Shown here in pieces: positions 59,219 through 64,000 of a stretch of DNA of 64,000 nucleotides. Made by a program: the position numbers and the translations under genes. Origin of the DNA: Escherichia coli (GTDB taxonomy: Bacteria; Pseudomonadota; Gammaproteobacteria; Enterobacterales; Enterobacteriaceae). The notes beneath the pieces were generated by a model, which was not told the origin of the DNA, searched no databases, and saw only the letters and a program-made list of their open reading frames with translations. Position 1 is the stretch's first letter. Each line of letters opens with the position of its first letter. The stretch lies in the NCBI RefSeq assembly GCF_050320075.1, contig NZ_CP190018.1. The stretch is one strand, 5' to 3'.

Positions 59219-60139
59219 TTAGTAATTATCCCTGACAACTTCATCATATCTTTCAATGAAGGTTAGTTGTTTATTACTTCCATTATAACTATCAACCCAT
59301 TTGTCTACAGCTTCATCGAATAGAAATAAAAAATCCGTATAATTTATATACACTACATTATCATAATATTGGGTTGGGTGACCTCTTTTACATACAGCAA
59401 TACTAAGACGTCTTTCTTTACCCTGAGTAACTTTGTGTGAATTAAGATTAGTCATGTGAAGCAATGAGTTCCTTAATTCATATAATTCGTCGGAAGTTAC
59501 TCCAAGTTTTTGTATATCTGAGTATGTATCTAACCAATTTTGAAAGACTCTTCTTTTGTTTCCAAACTCAATATAAGCTATAGTATCAATAAATGACATT
59601 AATAGCTTGAAGCTTGACAAGTAATGTTTTTTGTTAAACAGAAGCTTTATTGGTTCCATATGGTCATCATTAAGAAGTTCCTTAATGTGAAAACCATCAT
59701 CTTTCATATACTTATCAAGATAGTCTGGCAAGTCTTTTACACCTTCAATGTGATAGTTAGGTGTGTGCTTATTCCTTAATTGCTCTGACATTGATAACTG
59801 AATATCATATTGTAATTTGCCTTTAACAACGGGGGTGACTATAGCTAAAGGGTTTTCAGGTGCATTTTGAGCTTCTAATGCTAATTCAAACGGAGCAAAA
59901 GGATTACCAATCCGCAAATTTGCATTATATCTTTCAAGTGTCAATTTGTCATTTTCTAAAACAGAAGGGTGTATCCCATAAAATAAACGACAAGAAGCTA
60001 AGTCAATCTCCAAATTCCGCTTTAAAAAATCTAATTTTTGCGCATCATCGCCATCATGTTCGTGAGGTACTATTCCGGCATGTGTGATATGAACTCCATC
60101 AGGACTAAAGCAAAATATGTTGTAGATAATCTCTTTCAT
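59219..60139 (-). CDS. hypothetical protein, 306 aa, with RNxxxH (HEPN-like) motif; candidate Abi-type RNase (tentative)
   Basis: Long intact ORF in AT-rich DNA at the island edge; motif R223-N-S-L-L-H228 fits the HEPN R-x4-6-H consensus; no other recognisable domain. Confidence 0.65.
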   Translation of the reverse strand: MKEIIYNIFCFSPDGVHITHAGIVPHEHDGDDAQKLDFLKRNLEIDLASCRLFYGIHPSVLENDKLTLERYNANLRIGNPFAPFELALEAQNAPENPLAIVTPVVKGKLQYDIQLSMSEQLRNKHTPNYHIEGVKDLPDYLDKYMKDDGFHIKELLNDDHMEPIKLLFNKKHYLSSFKLLMSFIDTIAYIEFGNKRRVFQNWLDTYSDIQKLGVTSDELYELRNSLLHMTNLNSHKVTQGKERRLSIAVCKRGHPTQYYDNVVYINYTDFLFLFDEAVDKWVDSYNGSNKQLTFIERYDEVVRDNY

Positions 60140-61249
60140 ACCATTCTAACCTTCAGTGAAAATAAAGTTTTAACTATCATTAGATTATGAACAATCACAA
60201 TTGGCCTGTAAATAACAGGGCATAAACAGGTTCGTTTAGCTTGATTTTATCACTATAACTGTCTGATTTAACGGTAACTCACCAAGTATACACACAGTAA
60301 TTACACAATCCTGTTATTATGTAACTTATTGAAATATATAAATAATTTTTACATTCTTTGTTTGGGGTAAGCTGTGTAATGTTAGTCGTCCCTCTCCAGA
60401 CACTATATATAGTGCTATATACAGGACTATATAACGATATATAGATGTTTGGTCACATGGTATAACTATCAAACCACTTAACGATTTCCTACGTGAAAGT
60501 TAGAAAGTGATAGTTATAGTTACCTTGTCAAATCTTCGTAGTCCCTTCTTAAAAAATCGTGAAAGGTAATCTTGTTATCTATACAGAATCTACGTAGATG
60601 CTTCTTAGTGCGCAAAACAGCTATTATGTTAAAAACGCACTGTATACGTATCAGTACTGATTTATAAGGGTTTTGTGTATTGGCTGATAAGAGGCTATAC
60701 AGCACCTTGAGAGCATGTCTTCTAAGTCATTGACATATAAGGTCACAGAAGTTTGTAGCTGTTACAGAGAAAACTGGATAGGACTTCACAGAACTATAAA
60801 ATGTTACAGCTATTGATAGGTGAAATCTTCTTGATAGATGCTTTGAAGTGTGGTGAAGGCTTTTTGAGGTGGGGCTAAACAGATATCATGAAGAAAGTCA
60901 ATAGTTGATTCGGTTTATCGAATAAACCTCATAGATATTTTAAAATTCTGCAAAGGGGGTCACATAGCTGGTGTGACGGGTACTTAGCAGCTACAGACAT
61001 CTATCAGATATTTTTGAAGATTTTTAGAAGGGGAATTTGAAGAGGGGCTACTACGATTTTATAAAAATTTTCAGATTCTGAAAAGTTACTGTACAGAATA
61101 TGTACAGATATCTTTAAAGTATCTGTAAAAACTTTTAAGATAAAAGATAGATATCCCAGAAAGGATATCCGTTTAGAAAACCTATTAAGTATCTCTTAAA
61201 AGAGAGTAAACCTTGTCAAGAGTGATTGCAATAAAAATTTTTATTTCTT
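60140..61249. other. 1.1 kb AT-rich ORF-free region with clustered short repeats and palindromes (divergent control region, origin or ncRNA locus)
   Basis: No ORF above 61 aa; recurring TACAG/GATAG-containing motifs; palindrome GTCACAtagctggTGTGAC at ~60959..60977; CTATATATAG-type repeats at ~60400..60445. Confidence 0.5.
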
Positions 61250-61912
61250 ATGTCAATTGAGTGTATTTTAATCGGGAAACATCATGGGGGTTCTGATTAC
61301 TGGAGAACTCCATTTTTGTTATTTAAGAACTTACACCGTGAATTTATTTTCAGTCTGGATGGTGCTGCAACTAAGCACGATACGTTATTACCCCGCTTTA
61401 CGGATGATATTCACAATCAGTCATGGGATGGTGAACGGGTATTCTGTAACCCACCATACAGCGACACTAAAACATTCCTCGTAAAAGCGTCTGAGGCAGA
61501 TTTATCGGTATTCCTGATACCGTACCGACCCCAAACCATATACTGGCTTAAGCACATCTTCACAAACCCGCTTTGCCATGAAATCCGTATTCTTCATCGT
61601 GCAGTTAAATACCTTCCACCAGCAGGGCATAACAGGCTTACTATTAGGTCGCCGTTTCCAAGTGCAGTCGTTGTTTTTAAAAAAGAACCACGCAGGCATG
61701 AAATTACGCAGATGGTTTGCTGTGCTGATACATTGCTACCGTTAACCATCATTAACAGAGGAGGCTTGAGAGGAAGGCCCACCATTTACCCACCTGAGAC
61801 GCTCGACAGCTTCATAAAACTATACAGGCAAGGCAAACCCATTAAGTGCATTGCAGATGCTCTCAGAATGCCTCTGAGCACGTCATACAGGATTGCTCAA
61901 AGGTTGAGCTAG
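61250..61912 (+). CDS. phage Dam-like DNA N6-adenine methyltransferase with C-terminal HTH-like segment
   Basis: DYWRTPFLLF ... FSLDGAA ... CNPPYSD (motif IV N/DPPY) typical of phage N6-A MTases; C-terminal IKCIADALRMPLSTSYRIAQRL looks helix-turn-helix; start codon uncertain. Confidence 0.6.
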   Translation: MSIECILIGKHHGGSDYWRTPFLLFKNLHREFIFSLDGAATKHDTLLPRFTDDIHNQSWDGERVFCNPPYSDTKTFLVKASEADLSVFLIPYRPQTIYWLKHIFTNPLCHEIRILHRAVKYLPPAGHNRLTIRSPFPSAVVVFKKEPRRHEITQMVCCADTLLPLTIINRGGLRGRPTIYPPETLDSFIKLYRQGKPIKCIADALRMPLSTSYRIAQRLS

Positions 61913-62276
61913 AATTCTCATAAATATGGTCATTTACAAGACAGGTGATTTAGATATTAAGAGGTATCCCTGTGAACAATAAATGACCAATCAGTAATTA
62001 TCCTGTGAAATAATTGTTGCAATTTATAATCACACATGGTATAGTTTCATAGTGGACTGATAAAAAAGTTCATGTCTTGAAGTGGTAACACTTGGGGAGG
62101 TGTCAGATGATTGACGTATATTAACCTCTCATTCATGGTAATACCTCAGCGTTTTAATCATCGTACTGTTTCAGGCATGGACTTCTTTATCAGTCCATCA
62201 ATCCCCCAGATATTTTAATCACACAGGCTAATCGGTTTTATCCGGTTGGCCTTTTCACGTATGAGGTAATTTATGA

Positions 62277-63245
62277 ATGAAAAAAGAAACTAATGCTTTT
62301 ATTATGGTAGATAAACGAGTTGCACAATTCCCTAAAACATTAAAGCCAATTGACCGCTTGGTATATTTCACTATGCTGGATGGTGCTGATTATTACGAAT
62401 CTAAGTTCGGGAGATACGCACCAAGTATTGACTATTTGATGGTTATGTCTGGTGCTACACGTAATACAGTTATTGATTCACTTAAGAGACTTGAGTCACA
62501 CAGACTTATCGAAAAGACCAATGTAAAGGGTCAGCAAAGTATTTTTAAAGTATTCACGTTGGATGAGCGTCCAGAGGTCTTATCAGAACCTACCCTTGAT
62601 GAGCGTCGTAGAGCTAAATTATCAGGTCAACCAGAATCTGACAGTAACCCAACCAAAAATTGGTTACCTACCCAACCAGAATTTGGTTACCTACCTAACC
62701 AGAATTTGGTTACATGTAATACTGAATATAAAGACAAAAATATAAATACTGAAGAAGAAAGACTAAAAGGGAACTTTGAAGAAGAATCTCTTAAGAAGGG
62801 AGCTTCGCTCTGTGATTCACATGAATGTGATATTAAAGAAGATGACTTTCTTTCTTTGGATGAATTAAATGATTTTCTCTCTATGAATGAATCTGGCCTT
62901 GATAGTGAAGCTACTAAAGAGGCTGTTAAAAAGGAAGATAAAATCTCTGATGTGAATATCGATAGTGACCATAAAAACACACAGTGCCCCGCCACTGATG
63001 ATGAGATGGACCCCTTCGATGATTACCTTGATGAAGAGTCAGAGCGTGAAAAAGCCATTAAGAGGGTAGAGAAGAAAAAGAGATTCGAGCTTGCAAGACA
63101 AAAGAACAAAGTATCGGGTTTAGACCCATTCGATGACAGTGACGATGATGACTTTTCTTTCACACCAAGAAAGAAACAAACTCAGGATGACAAGAAGCAA
63201 AAAATTAAACCGAAGATGTATTTTGCTGGTGGAGGTATGCGCTAA
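62277..63245 (+). CDS. winged-helix DNA-binding protein with long acidic low-complexity tail (replication-initiator/regulator-like)
   Basis: N-terminal ~95 aa resemble phage Rep/replisome-organiser winged helix; C-terminal two-thirds D/E/K-rich with a twice-repeated DPFDD motif. Confidence 0.55.
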   Translation: MKKETNAFIMVDKRVAQFPKTLKPIDRLVYFTMLDGADYYESKFGRYAPSIDYLMVMSGATRNTVIDSLKRLESHRLIEKTNVKGQQSIFKVFTLDERPEVLSEPTLDERRRAKLSGQPESDSNPTKNWLPTQPEFGYLPNQNLVTCNTEYKDKNINTEEERLKGNFEEESLKKGASLCDSHECDIKEDDFLSLDELNDFLSMNESGLDSEATKEAVKKEDKISDVNIDSDHKNTQCPATDDEMDPFDDYLDEESEREKAIKRVEKKKRFELARQKNKVSGLDPFDDSDDDDFSFTPRKKQTQDDKKQKIKPKMYFAGGGMR

Positions 63246-63541
63246 TGAAAGAATATCACGGTGAAAAGAGATACAAAGATTACCTGTTAAAGCGTTATAG
63301 CATTTCTCGTGAAGGCCACTTAATGAAGGATACTCACGGGGAAGTTTACCGGATTAGACCGAAGAAAGAAGGGAGGGATTATTTCTTTTACGATGGTGTG
63401 ACAGATTTAAAGATTGATGCTTTGAAGTTTGCGGCGCTGTATCATTATGATATCTGGGACTCAGTCCACCAGCTACGATTAAAAGACGGTGACCCCGGTA
63501 ATCTGAGGGCCACCAATATTATCAAGGGAAAGTGCCGGTAA
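63245..63541 (+). CDS. small HNH-like endonuclease-domain protein (tentative)
   Basis: 98-aa ORF translationally coupled (ATGA overlap) to the upstream gene; VHQLRLKDGDPGNLRATNI resembles the HNH_3 H-x-DG-x-NL-x-T pattern. Confidence 0.4.
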   Translation: MKEYHGEKRYKDYLLKRYSISREGHLMKDTHGEVYRIRPKKEGRDYFFYDGVTDLKIDALKFAALYHYDIWDSVHQLRLKDGDPGNLRATNIIKGKCR

Positions 63542-63799
63542 GTCCACCAGCTATTTATTTATTGAAATCTCTATCTCAACACGAAGAAGTTTAAGTCGAA
63601 TTGTAAGCTTTGTCTTTTTTGTAATGACTCGATTCATAACGCAAAACACCAATAGCACAATAAATACCGCAAAGCCCAACGAGCTAAAACGATGAGATTC
63701 AATAATTGCTGTGAAAAAATCATGCATTAATTTTCCTTTTGCGAAAGGAAACAGCACCTGTATCAGCCCCTATAACCATAATATCATGTAAATGAGATG

Positions 63800-63828
63800 T
63801 TGACAATATGTTAAATAAATGTTATGAT
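63800..63828 (+). promoter_or_regulatory. near-consensus sigma70 promoter
   Basis: TTGACA-N17-TATGAT followed by AAGGAG Shine-Dalgarno and ATG at 63866. Confidence 0.5.
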
Positions 63829-63865
63829 TGTAGTATGAGTAAGAGATTTAAGGAGATTTTTACAA

Positions 63866-64000
63866 TGACTCACACAGTTACGCGCCTTTTGCCAGAGGCA
63901 TTTGAACGACTGGCAGCAATCAAAGCCAAATATCCCGATATGAAGCACACAGCGCTTGTTGGAGAGCTTTTAAAAGAGTCGGTAACCCTGACCCCTTTCG
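63866..64000 (+). CDS. ribbon-helix-helix-like DNA-binding protein, 5' portion only (runs off window end)
   Basis: MTHTVTRLLPEAFERLAAIKAKYPDMKHTALVGELLKE has the beta-strand then helix pattern of RHH/CopG/antitoxin-type proteins; strong promoter and SD upstream. Confidence 0.4.

Larger units (their letters stand above)
59130..64000. mobile_element. foreign AT-rich element inserted in yecE (left junction ~59130; right end beyond window)
   Basis: Abrupt loss of yecE homology, drop in GC, phage-like gene content (Dam-like MTase, winged-helix Rep-like protein, HNH-like ORF). Confidence 0.6.

Noticed and set aside
60520-60705. 61-aa minus-strand ORF and 75-aa plus-strand ORF (59860..60087) in the inserted element
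   Set aside because: The first has no RBS and sits in repeat-rich non-coding DNA; the second is antisense within the 306-aa gene. Both are likely chance ORFs in AT-rich sequence.
60140-61249. Retron or CRISPR-like locus in the ORF-free AT-rich region
   Set aside because: No reverse transcriptase or cas gene nearby, and the repeats are short and irregular rather than repeat-spacer units; kept as an unexplained regulatory/ncRNA candidate instead.

Overview
This window is an Escherichia coli chromosomal segment with a K-12-like backbone, running (window orientation) yedE'-yedD-amyA-fliTSD / fliC-fliAZ-tcyJ-dcyD-tcyLN-sdiA-yecF-uvrYC-pgsA-glyW/cysT/leuZ-[island]-yecA-tyrP-yecH-ftnA-yecR-azuC-yecJ-ftnB-araFGH-otsBA-uspC-flhDC-motAB-cheAW-tar-tap-cheRBYZ-flhBAE-argS-yecM-cutC-torYZ-cmoBA-yecN-yecE'-[foreign element]. 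Gene identities were assigned by recognising the translated ORFs, and start sites were trimmed where the ORF track over-extends. No CRISPR array is present. Two accessory regions stand out. (1) A ~4 kb island sits immediately 3' of tRNA-Leu (leuZ), bounded by a ~130 bp direct repeat of the tRNA 3' half plus its terminator. It carries a 3'-truncated P4-type integrase, a divergent 243-aa protein with a uracil-DNA-glycosylase-like motif pattern, and an AT-rich, translationally coupled ABC/AAA ATPase + HNH nuclease operon that I read as a Septu-like candidate anti-phage module. (2) A second AT-rich element of at least 4.9 kb interrupts yecE and runs off the window end. It holds an orphan 306-aa protein with an RNxxxH (HEPN-like) motif at the junction, a 1.1 kb ORF-free repeat- and palindrome-rich region, a phage Dam-like N6-adenine methyltransferase with a C-terminal HTH, a winged-helix protein with an acidic tail coupled to a small HNH-like ORF, and a consensus promoter driving a partial RHH-like ORF. 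All family assignments for the accessory genes are from motif-level reading only; no database search was run.
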